From assembly GCA_964535955.1 (NCBI GenBank), contig CAZHVK010000009.1, positions 50,811 to 70,810 of the forward strand: DNA of 20,000 nt. The letters run 5' to 3'. Origin of the DNA: an uncultured Methanosarcinales archaeon. GTDB lineage: Archaea; Nanobdellota; Nanobdellia; Woesearchaeales; CAXGTL01. This document shows, piece by piece, positions 1 to 7,256 of this stretch. The notes beneath the pieces are model-generated. The model saw only the letters and a program-made list of their open reading frames with translations. It searched no databases and had not been told where the DNA came from. Numbering within the stretch: the first letter of the stretch is position 1; each line of letters opens with the position of its first letter. The translations under genes and the position numbers were made by a program.

Positions 1-208
1 TTTGTGATTCAACTTCTTTACCTTGTTCTTTAGCTTGTGTTTCGATTTGAGCAATTTCAGAAAATCCTAATGGAATTATCTTTGATTGGTTACATTGATA
101 TTTCCATTGCCAACCACCCAATACAGTAGAAAGAACCAAAGCTCCTGTTATTACTTCTATTGCTGCGCTTTCTCTTAATATTGTTTTTACAGTATCACTA
201 AAAGTCAT
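1..208 (-). CDS. Hypothetical protein, 5' part only (runs off the window), with N-terminal hydrophobic anchor
   Basis: Manual translation from ATG at 208: MTFSDTVKTILRESAAIEVITGALVLSTVLGGWQWKYQCNQSKIIPLGFSEIAQIETQAKEQGKEVESQ..., open to position 1; TATA-like TTTATAAA about 25 nt upstream. Confidence 0.7.
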   Translation of the reverse strand, partial: MTFSDTVKTILRESAAIEVITGALVLSTVLGGWQWKYQCNQSKIIPLGFSEIAQIETQAKEQGKEVESQ

Positions 209-332
209 ATTATATATAGGATAAAACTCCACTTTATAAATCTTTCCATGATTAACCACCTCCAAGTGATAACTAAGCCATCACCAAATAATAACAAAAA
301 CAATATAAATAAACCCTACTCCAACTAATATT

Positions 333-1151
333 ATGGACATAAAAATACTTAAAAAAGCACTTGAAGCATCTTGGAATATTGATACTTGTCACAAGCCTAT
401 GAAAAAAGACTATGCAAAAAACCATCCATCATATGGTCAATGCTATCCTACAACATTAATAGTAAATGACTTTTTCGGCGGCAAGATATTAAAATATAAA
501 TTCCCAGAAACAGAAATAGGTCATTTCTCAAATCTAATAGATGGAAAAGAAGTCGACTTATCAAGAGAACAATTTGATAAAGATGAATCATTTCCAAAAC
601 CACAAATTATAGACAGAAAAACATTAAAAACATCAAAAGCATACTTAATACTAAGATCTCATGTAAATAAATACCTGACAAAAAATTATCCAGACAAAGA
701 AATAGAAAAACTATCATATAGACAAGGTATTTTAGCAGTTATTCTTAATTCAAAAAAACAAATATTAATTATCTCTGCACCAGATGAACCAGATTATTGG
801 CGTTTTCCATCAGGTGGTGTTGACCCAGGTGAAACACATGAACAAACAGTGCACAGAGAACTAAAAGAAGAACTAAACATAGAAGTTGACATAATAAAAA
901 GAATAACAGATGTTACAAACAAGTTTATCTGGCCAAAGATAGTCATAAAAAAACACAATAATAAGTACAAAGGCCAGCAAAAACATATATTCATAACAAG
1001 AATCAAACCAAACCAAAACATAATTCTGCAAGAAGAAGAGATCGGTGGCTATAAATGGGTAAACAAAGAAGAAGTAGAAAACTATTTCTTATACCCAAAT
1101 CAAAGATCAACAGCAAAAAAAATCTTTGATGATTATAAAGAGTTTTTTTAA
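333..1151 (+). CDS. YunG-like N-terminal domain fused to a Nudix hydrolase (RppH-like)
   Basis: N-half has W..DTC, GQCYPTTLIVNDFFGGKI and HFSNLIDGKEVDLSREQF (YunG-like pattern); C-half has Nudix box GGVDPGETHEQTVHRELKEELNI and RppH-like YKGQQKHIF. Confidence 0.8.
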   Translation: MDIKILKKALEASWNIDTCHKPMKKDYAKNHPSYGQCYPTTLIVNDFFGGKILKYKFPETEIGHFSNLIDGKEVDLSREQFDKDESFPKPQIIDRKTLKTSKAYLILRSHVNKYLTKNYPDKEIEKLSYRQGILAVILNSKKQILIISAPDEPDYWRFPSGGVDPGETHEQTVHRELKEELNIEVDIIKRITDVTNKFIWPKIVIKKHNNKYKGQQKHIFITRIKPNQNIILQEEEIGGYKWVNKEEVENYFLYPNQRSTAKKIFDDYKEFF

Positions 1152-1155
1152 ATAA

Positions 1156-1881
1156 TCACTTCCTCTTATTCAAATCAGGAAGACTCTGAACCACTTTCGG
1201 CTTTGGTTTATGATCTGTTCTTGGCCTTGCTGGTCTTCTTGGTCTGTGTGAAGTTCTTGGATGTTTTGATCTTGCTGGTCTTTTTGGTTTAGTTGTTTTT
1301 GTCAGCTTTTTTTGTTTTTCAGTTTTTTTATATGGTTTTTTATAAGGTTTCTTGTATTTTGTTGCTGGTTTTTTGTCAGTTTTTAAAAGATATTTATTCA
1401 AATCTTTTCCAAGATCACAAAAATCATCAGCTTCATTCTTTAGAATCCTAGAAGCAGTCTTAGAAAAAGCAATAACTTCTGTTCTACAACCATGAGACTT
1501 AAGATATAATAATAATTCACCAAAATCACCATCACCAGATACAAGAACAACAGTATCAACTTTTTGTGCCATTCGAACAGCATCCATTGCAATACCAATA
1601 TCCCAATCACCTTTTTTAGTACCAGTAATAAATGTCTGCAAACCTTTCATCTTTACTTCAATACCAAGTCCTTCAAGAGCATCATGAAACTTTGATTCAT
1701 CTTTCATATCAGCTTTTATCACATAAGCGATTGCCTTGACAAGTTTTCTTCCAGAAACAGCTTTTTTCAATATTTCACCAAAATTAACTTTTGCATTATA
1801 CATATTTTTTGCAGAATAATACATGTTTTGAACATCAAACAATACTAATAATCTTTGTTCTTTATGTTTTAATTTACTCAT
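1156..1881 (-). CDS. NYN-domain (LabA/DUF88, PIN-like) protein with basic C-terminal tail
   Basis: Motifs FDVQNMY, KGDWDIGIAMD, LVSGDGDF and ADDFCDL; SD-like GAGGTG 8 nt upstream of ATG. Confidence 0.93.
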   Translation of the reverse strand: MSKLKHKEQRLLVLFDVQNMYYSAKNMYNAKVNFGEILKKAVSGRKLVKAIAYVIKADMKDESKFHDALEGLGIEVKMKGLQTFITGTKKGDWDIGIAMDAVRMAQKVDTVVLVSGDGDFGELLLYLKSHGCRTEVIAFSKTASRILKNEADDFCDLGKDLNKYLLKTDKKPATKYKKPYKKPYKKTEKQKKLTKTTKPKRPARSKHPRTSHRPRRPARPRTDHKPKPKVVQSLPDLNKRK

Positions 1882-1903
1882 TTTGTTTGCACCTCTTGTT
1901 TAG

Positions 1904-2035
1904 AGTATGTATTTAGTTAGTTGGCCTTTGTTTGTCTTTGAGGCTTTCTACCATCGTAAGATGATCAAGGATTGAAAACTTTAACATATATAATTATGTT
2001 TTCAGGCGAAAAGACTAGCCAACTAAATACATACT
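1904..2035 (-). promoter_or_regulatory. Putative structured RNA leader of the NYN gene
   Basis: Perfect 15-bp inverted repeat 1904-1918/2021-2035, continued by GGC/GCC and GTCTTT/AAAGAC, enclosing hairpins CATC-N4-GATG and TGAAAAC/GTTTTCA. Confidence 0.55.
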
Positions 2036-2037
2036 TC

Positions 2038-2328
2038 TTATATAAAATAACTTAATATCTTATGAAAATAATAATTTATTTTGTTATTATTTGTTTTAAA
2101 CACTTTCCCTTTATAAGAGTTTGTAATTCTTTTACCAGGACTTGTGATTATTACACCATCTAGATCAGGTTCTCTGCTTCCATTTGCTATATTATAAACA
2201 ACACCTGTTTGTTCTTCTTTCTCAATCACATTTTCTAGAATTATTTTTGTCTCTTTTTTTCTTTTTACTTTATCAACTAGTCTTTCACGATTTGTACAAA
2301 GTGAAACAACTCTATCCTCTTTTGTCAT
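2038..2328 (-). CDS. Hypothetical protein (possibly a fragment)
   Basis: 96-aa ORF with plausible composition in the first 70 aa; C-terminus resembles read-through into AT-rich intergenic DNA. Confidence 0.5.
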   Translation of the reverse strand: MTKEDRVVSLCTNRERLVDKVKRKKETKIILENVIEKEEQTGVVYNIANGSREPDLDGVIITSPGKRITNSYKGKVFKTNNNKINYYFHKILSYFI

Positions 2329-2392
2329 ATCTTTTATTTATATTCATATTCATATATAAACATTTATATGATTGAATATTCAACATAAACCA

Positions 2393-2571
2393 GCTTTGTA
2401 GAAAACCTGTCGTTTCCAACCATTTTCTGCCGTTGCGAGGGCTCATCACTATTAAGCCCGAGCAGGCAGGGTGTCAAGAATCAGAGATTCTTGATCATGC
2501 TCAGAAATTTGTGAACCAACAAATTTCTGACACAACGGCGAGGTAAAGCCGAGTAAGGTTTTCTACAGAGT
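2393..2571. mobile_element. MITE-like non-autonomous element, 179 bp
   Basis: Terminal inverted repeats GCTTTGTAGAAAACCT (2393-2408) / AGGTTTTCTACAGAGT (2556-2571), 14/16 match; flanked exactly by 10-bp direct repeat ACATAAACCA (2383-2392, 2572-2581); GC-richer than flanks; no transposase ORF. Confidence 0.8.
2471..2533. repeat. Double-hairpin palindromic module, copy 1
   Basis: GTG-TCAAGAATC aga GATTCTTGA-TCATGC-TCAGAAATTTGT gaacca ACAAATTTCTGA-CAC: perfect 9-bp and 12-bp hairpins, GTGTCA/TGACAC ends. Confidence 0.8.
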
Positions 2572-2695
2572 ACATAAACCACAAACTTTTTATATAACAT
2601 ATATTTTATTCATACTTGGGTTTAACTTCTTTGTAAGCAGAGTAAATGCAATAATAATAGTAATATTTATAAATAGATATGGAGTTTTGATACAC

Positions 2696-3349
2696 ATGGC
2701 AACAATATATGATATAGATCCAAATGAATTGATTGAAAAAGCAGGATTAGAATTTAAAAAATTAGGCATAAAAAAACCTTCTTGGAGTGATTTTGTTAAA
2801 ACAGGACGTCATAAAGAAAGACCGCCTGCAAATACAGATTGGTGGTATTTTAGACTTGCAGCTATTCTTAGAAGTGTTTATAAGCTTGGTCCTATAGGTG
2901 TTTCAAAATTAAGAACAAAGTATGGTGGAAGAAAAAATAGAGGCCATAAACCAGATAAAGTGTTTAGAGGGTCTGGTTCAATAATAAGAAAAGCATTGCA
3001 ACAACTTGAAGAAAATGGTTTTGTAAAAAAAATTGAAAAAGATGTTCACAAAGGAAGAATTATCACTCCAAAAGGAACATCATTCCTAGATAAGATTGCT
3101 TCACAGATATATAAACCAAGACCAAAAGTAAAGATTGAAGCAGCACCTAAAAAACAAGAAAAAAAACCTAAAAAACAAGTTATAAAAGAACAAAAAAAAG
3201 AACCAGCAAAACAAGAAGCAAAAGAAGTTGTTAAGAAACAACCACAAGAACCAGCAAAACAAGAAACAAAAGAAGTTGTTAAGAAACCAGATAATCTTCC
3301 AAAGGAAAAACCTGAGCAACAAGTAGAAGGGGTTAAAAAAGAGGAATAA
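2696..3349 (+). CDS. rps19e: 30S ribosomal protein S19e with Lys/Glu-rich C-terminal extension
   Basis: WSDFVKTGRHKERPP, WWYFRLAAILR, YGGRKNRG, GSGSIIRKALQQLE, GRIITPKG; start placed at ATG 2696, TTTATAAA at 2666-2673. Confidence 0.97.
   Translation: MATIYDIDPNELIEKAGLEFKKLGIKKPSWSDFVKTGRHKERPPANTDWWYFRLAAILRSVYKLGPIGVSKLRTKYGGRKNRGHKPDKVFRGSGSIIRKALQQLEENGFVKKIEKDVHKGRIITPKGTSFLDKIASQIYKPRPKVKIEAAPKKQEKKPKKQVIKEQKKEPAKQEAKEVVKKQPQEPAKQETKEVVKKPDNLPKEKPEQQVEGVKKEE
3200..3287 (+). repeat. Intragenic duplication (48-bp period) in the S19e tail
   Basis: gaaccagcaaaacaagaa(g/a)caaaagaagttgttaagaaac occurs twice, encoding EPAKQE(A/T)KEVVKK. Confidence 0.85.
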
Positions 3350-3403
3350 AGATGTATGCAAAATTTATTTTGCATGCTACGAACGAATTAAAGGTGAGTG
3401 AGT

Positions 3404-3577
3404 ATGGCAAGATACAAATCAAAAGGAAGAAAAATAAGATTATCAAAATTACACAAAAGAACAAGATGGGCACCTTTTTGGACAGTTCCAAAGATATATG
3501 GCAAAGGCAGAAGGGTTCACCCTGGACGTCATACTGTTATTAAAAGATCTTGGAGACGGACAAAAACTAAAGCATAA
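3404..3577 (+). CDS. rpl39e: 50S ribosomal protein L39e (absent from the ORF track)
   Basis: Manual translation MARYKSKGRKIRLSKLHKRTRWAPFWTVPKIYGKGRRVHPGRHTVIKRSWRRTKTKA (57 aa); R.WRRTK signature; SD AGGTGA upstream; conserved position before rpl31e. Confidence 0.92.
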   Translation: MARYKSKGRKIRLSKLHKRTRWAPFWTVPKIYGKGRRVHPGRHTVIKRSWRRTKTKA

Positions 3578-3582
3578 AAAAG

Positions 3583-4322
3583 ATGGCAGAAGAAAAGGAA
3601 TTAAAAAGAGTGTATAATGTTCCACTTAGAAGAGAGTTTCTTAAAACACCTAAATGGAAAAGAACAAAAAAAGCAGTAAAAGCATTAAAAGAATTCTTAG
3701 CAAAGCACATGAAAGCTGACATTAATAATGTTTTGATTGGTAAAAACTTAAATGAACATGTTTGGAAAAATGGTATAAAAAACCCTCCTCATCATGTTAA
3801 AGTAGAGGCAATTAAAGATAAAGAAGGTATTGTAAAAGCTGAGTTAGAAGGTTTTGAATATAAAACTTACAAAAAAGAAAAAAAAGAAGAAAAAGGCGCA
3901 CTTGGCAAAGTTGTTGACAAATTAAAAGGTGGAAAACAAGAACAAAAACAAGAAGAGCCAGAGAAAAAAATAAGAACAAAAGACAAATTAAAAGCAAAAA
4001 AAGCAGAAGAAAAAGCAAAAGAAGAGAAAAAAGAACAAGAGAAAAAAGAACAAGAGAAAAAAGAACAAGAGAAAAANNNNNNNNNNNNNNNNNNNNNNNN
4101 NNNNNNNNNNNNNNNNNNNNNNNNNNNNNNNNNNNNNNNNNNNNNNNNNNNNNNNNNNNNNNNNNNNNNNNNNNNNAAGAGAAAAAAGAACAAGAGAAAA
4201 AAGAACAAGAGAAAAAAGAACAAGAGAAAAAGGAAATAGAGAATAAGGAAGAGAAGAAAAAACAAGAAACACCAAAAAAAGAAACAACAGAACCTAAGAA
4301 ACCAGAAGTAAAAAAACAATAA
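3583..4322 (+). CDS. rpl31e: 50S ribosomal protein L31e with long EQEKK-repeat tail, spanning an assembly gap
   Basis: RVYNVPLR, RTKKAVKALKEFLAKHMK, LNEHVWKNGIKNPP; after the gap the EQEKK frame continues to ...EPKKPEVKKQ-TAA at 4320-4322, so the track's stop at 4239 is probably a gap-length artefact. Confidence 0.93.
4022..4231 (+). repeat. 15-bp tandem repeat (AAGAGAAAAAAGAAC)n interrupted by 100 Ns (4077-4176)
   Basis: At least three units visible on each side of the gap; true copy number unknown. Confidence 0.9.
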
Positions 4323-4375
4323 ACTTAATAAACAACAACGATTTCTGACATATTAACCCATAAAGAGTATAAAAA

Positions 4376-5368
4376 ATGAAAGAAAGACTGCCATTTGAAA
4401 AAATAGAAAGAAAAGTTCTTACTAAAAAACAAGCTGAGACTTCTGATAAGTTTGGTTGTGATCCTAATAATAGGTCAGTTGATGAACTAATTAACTATGG
4501 CATTATTAACATAGACAAACAAAAAGGGCCAACATCTCACCAAGTAACAGCTTATGCAAAAGACATTCTTAAAATAAACAAAGCTGGACACAGTGGCACA
4601 CTTGATCCAAAAGTCACAGGTGTTTTGCCAACAGCAATAGGGAGAGGTACAAGAGTAGTCCAAACCTTATTAATAGCAGGCAAAGAATATGTTTGTCTAA
4701 TGTATTTACATAAAAAAGCAGATGAAAACCATATAAGAGCAACAATGAAGAGTTTTGTTGGCAGGATTGAACAAATGCCGCCTGTCAAAAGTGCTATTAA
4801 AAGACAGCTCAGAAAACGTTCTATTTATTATTTAGACATATTAGATATTAAAGACCAATCAGTATTGTTCAGAGTTGGTTGTGAAGCAGGAACTTATATT
4901 AGAAAACTTTGCCATGATATTGGAAAACAACTTGGTATAGGAGCACACATGTCAGAACTTCGAAGAACAAAAGTTGCATGTTTTACAGAAGAATCATTAG
5001 TAACATTAAATGATATCAAAGATTCATTATGGTATTACCAGAATGAAGGTAATGAAAAATATATCAGACATGTTATCCAACCGATAGAGTTTGGTGTTAG
5101 GCATATTCCAAAGATTTGGGTGCTTGACACAACTGTTAATTCTTTATGTCATGGTGCTAATCTAAAAATACCTGGTATATCTAAATTACATTCAGATATA
5201 AAAAAAGGTGATATTATAGCTGTTATGACACTTAAAGATGAGTTAGTATGTATTGGCGAATCAATTACAACTTCTAAGGATATCATGAAAAATAATAAAG
5301 GTCTTTGTGTTATTATCAATAAGGTCTTTATGCTTCCAGGTATTTATCCAAGAATTGAGAAAAAGTAA
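4376..5368 (+). CDS. cbf5: H/ACA RNA-guided and tRNA Psi55 pseudouridine synthase Cbf5 (archaeal TruB)
   Basis: DKQKGPTSHQV, GHSGTLDPKVTGVL, QMPPVKSAIKRQLRKR, CEAGTYIRKLCHDIG, C-terminal PUA domain. Confidence 0.97.
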   Translation: MKERLPFEKIERKVLTKKQAETSDKFGCDPNNRSVDELINYGIINIDKQKGPTSHQVTAYAKDILKINKAGHSGTLDPKVTGVLPTAIGRGTRVVQTLLIAGKEYVCLMYLHKKADENHIRATMKSFVGRIEQMPPVKSAIKRQLRKRSIYYLDILDIKDQSVLFRVGCEAGTYIRKLCHDIGKQLGIGAHMSELRRTKVACFTEESLVTLNDIKDSLWYYQNEGNEKYIRHVIQPIEFGVRHIPKIWVLDTTVNSLCHGANLKIPGISKLHSDIKKGDIIAVMTLKDELVCIGESITTSKDIMKNNKGLCVIINKVFMLPGIYPRIEKK

Positions 5369-5369
5369 T

Positions 5370-5654
5370 TTACTCATAAAATTCAATATTATCATATACA
5401 CCTAATTCTTTAAGTGTATCCATTCTTTTTTTGAACTTATTATATGCACCTTTTATCATTGCAAGTGGCAGATGAAGAGTAACATATCCTAAAGAATAAA
5501 GAGTACTCATTCCTTCTCTGAATTCTTGTTTTGCACCAGGTTTAATCTCTTGTTTTGCTTCTTCTTCAACACATGTTTCTAAAACTCTTGATGAACCAAT
5601 AGAAATAGCTTCACTCATCACATAATATGTTTGTTCATTTTTCACCATAACCAC
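5370..5654 (-). CDS. Hypothetical protein
   Basis: 94-aa ORF convergent on cbf5; SD-like AGGTGG suggests the real start is ATG at 5648. Confidence 0.6.
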   Translation of the reverse strand: MVMVKNEQTYYVMSEAISIGSSRVLETCVEEEAKQEIKPGAKQEFREGMSTLYSLGYVTLHLPLAMIKGAYNKFKKRMDTLKELGVYDNIEFYE

Positions 5655-5745
5655 CTTTTCAAAAAAAAGGGATTGATTTTGTTTATAAGGTTTTATCTTG
5701 TGTAGAACATATTATGAAAAAGAAAGGGAAAAAAAAAGAATTATT

Positions 5746-6477
5746 TCAATATTTTAGGAATTTCTGACCTGTTGTTTTCTCAACACCTACCCAGAATGAA
5801 GCAATTGCTTCTAAGCATTTTCGGCAAGTATATAATGTTGAAGCTTCCCATAACATGTTACAGTTTAGTTTTTGTTCATCTTCGTAACCATTAACAATTG
5901 CATATTTTGAATCATGGTGTTCATCAAACCCTAGTAAATGACCTGCTTCATGTTTTGCCATATGTTTAATAAAATCTAAGGAATTTTGTCTTCCATTTGG
6001 TAAAGCTAAAACCATATAACCTTTAAAAAATTCTGCTTGTCCCCAATCTTGTGTTCCTCTTGTTAAATATTTATCAACTAACACAACATCAGCATGAGGT
6101 GTTCCTCGTTTAGTAGGGTCTCTCCAATGTTCTGTAATAAGTTCCTTTGAGAGATGGTATCCATCAACAAAACCATTTTCCTGATTAATAGATCTATTAA
6201 CTTGTTGAATCACAGTTTCATCAACTCCATAATCTTTTACTTGTAATTTTAAACCAAGCTGATTCAATAATTCTTCAATTCCAGCTTTAACATAAGGAAC
6301 TACTTTTCCATCAACACCTGGTACCCTCATAATTCTTATCTCTTTGCCCAATATCCAATTAGAACAAAAATAATCTTTGCCATCAATTCCTTCAGTACGA
6401 TGATCATGATGACGATCAGCATAAACTTTGAACCAGGAATCTTGCCATTTTTCTCGTGATTTTTGTCTTTCAAACAT
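5746..6477 (-). CDS. Metzincin-type zinc metalloprotease, archaemetzincin-like
   Basis: HEAGHLLGFDEHH zinc motif followed by CNM (Met-turn) and CRKC; SD GGAGG upstream. Confidence 0.8.
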   Translation of the reverse strand: MFERQKSREKWQDSWFKVYADRHHDHRTEGIDGKDYFCSNWILGKEIRIMRVPGVDGKVVPYVKAGIEELLNQLGLKLQVKDYGVDETVIQQVNRSINQENGFVDGYHLSKELITEHWRDPTKRGTPHADVVLVDKYLTRGTQDWGQAEFFKGYMVLALPNGRQNSLDFIKHMAKHEAGHLLGFDEHHDSKYAIVNGYEDEQKLNCNMLWEASTLYTCRKCLEAIASFWVGVEKTTGQKFLKY

Positions 6478-6574
6478 TTTTAATATCCTCCTATTATATC
6501 TTAAGTTATATCCAAGAAACCATTGCCATTATTAAAAACCTCTTATATTCAAACCAAGATAATCCCGAAAAGAA

Positions 6575-6727
6575 TGGGTCTGGCCGGACTTTCATCTTTA
6601 CAGATCTTGAACCGGCGACCATCTCGATTTTAAAAACAACTGCGTTGTTTTGAAGTTTCAACACAGTTGAAACAGTCAACGAGATGTCATTTATGGTGTA
6701 ACAACATAGCCACTAGACCACAGACCC
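6575..6727 (-). tRNA. tRNA-Val(GAC) with three insertions (D loop, anticodon loop, T loop)
   Basis: Removing 6691-6707 (17 nt), 6629-6674 (46 nt) and 6589-6605 (17 nt) gives the 73-nt cloverleaf GGGTCTGTGGTCTAGTGGCTATGACATCTCGTTGACATCGAGATGGTCGCCGGTTCAAGTCCGGCCAGACCCA; D- and T-loop introns form bulge-helix-bulge motifs. Confidence 0.88.
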
Positions 6728-6729
6728 AA

Positions 6730-7026
6730 TCATTTACTAAGGTCAGTTATATGCAATCTTTCATCAACAAACTCAACTTTAACTTCTTTTAAATCATTAA
6801 ACAAAAGATCATTTCCCCAAGGCAGAAACTTAGCAACCTTAAAATTTTTTAAATAACAACTTAATGCTCTAAACTCTAATATCTTGAAAGGCATCTTTAT
6901 TGTCTTATGAGGGTTATTTATCTTAAAAAACTTTACTTGTGTATTATAAGGATACATTTCATGTTCTTCTTTATTATAATTCTTAATTCTTGATACTAAC
7001 ATTGATTTTGCTTTATATTTTGTCAT
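6730..7026 (-). CDS. Hypothetical protein
   Basis: 98-aa ORF with SD-like GGGGGTG upstream; stop codon lies 2 nt before the 5' end of tRNA-Val. Confidence 0.7.
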   Translation of the reverse strand: MTKYKAKSMLVSRIKNYNKEEHEMYPYNTQVKFFKINNPHKTIKMPFKILEFRALSCYLKNFKVAKFLPWGNDLLFNDLKEVKVEFVDERLHITDLSK

Positions 7027-7065
7027 GTATAAACACCCCCTTATATCATAAAATACAGTCCTTAC

Positions 7066-7075
7066 TTATATATAA
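7066..7075. promoter_or_regulatory. Palindromic TATA box, possibly bidirectional
   Basis: TTATATATAA between the divergent 7026(-) gene and the structured RNA starting near 7095. Confidence 0.45.
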
Positions 7076-7094
7076 ATGTATCTCAAAATAACAC

Positions 7095-7205
7095 TGGTGC
7101 AACCCGCCAGTTTGGCCAGTGAGCCAATGTTATTCATCGTAAGAATGAGTTGAGGCTCTATTTGTCCTCATAATAAATTAGAGTCGGTGAACGAGGGTTG
7201 CACCA
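7095..7205 (+). ncRNA. Unassigned structured small RNA, about 111 nt
   Basis: Perfect 11-bp closing stem TGGTGCAACCC/GGGTTGCACCA; internal hairpins GCCA/TGGC, TTATTC/GAATGA and GGCTCTATTTGT/ATAAATTAGAGTC with G-U pairs on the + strand; TATA box upstream. Confidence 0.65.
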
Positions 7206-7256
7206 ATCCTTTATAATTTACGAATAACTTATAAACTACTAATCACAATCATATTA

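Noticed and set aside
1952..1963. Shared 10-mer CATCGTAAGA with 7135-7144
   Set aside because: Short match, on opposite predicted RNA strands; could be chance
2393..2571. RNase P RNA
   Set aside because: No GAGGAAAGUCC-like or matching 3' P4 motif on either strand; terminal repeats plus target-site duplication fit a MITE better
3352..3543. 63-aa ORF in the track
   Set aside because: Overlaps the real rpl39e (3404-3577) in another frame
4022..4231. Possible CRISPR array
   Set aside because: Head-to-tail 15-bp coding repeat without unique spacers; no cas genes in the window
4177..4239. Apparent KRKKN basic repeat and stop at 4239 in L31e, or a programmed frameshift
   Set aside because: Frame offset explained by the arbitrary 100-N gap; the EQEKK frame continues to 4322
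3046..4319. Phe/Leu-rich minus-strand ORFs and other short antisense ORFs in the track
   Set aside because: Shadows of A-rich sense-strand genes with no independent coding signal
6652..6654. Glu(TTC) or Phe(GAA) anticodon from alternative splicing registers of the first tRNA
   Set aside because: Acceptor and D-arm (GGGTCTG-TG-GTCTAG...ATGAC) are typical of archaeal tRNA-Val
7095..7205. 5S rRNA, SRP RNA or tRNA assignment
   Set aside because: No CCGAAC loop of 5S, no SRP helix-8 motif, no TTC T-loop or D-loop GG layout on either strand
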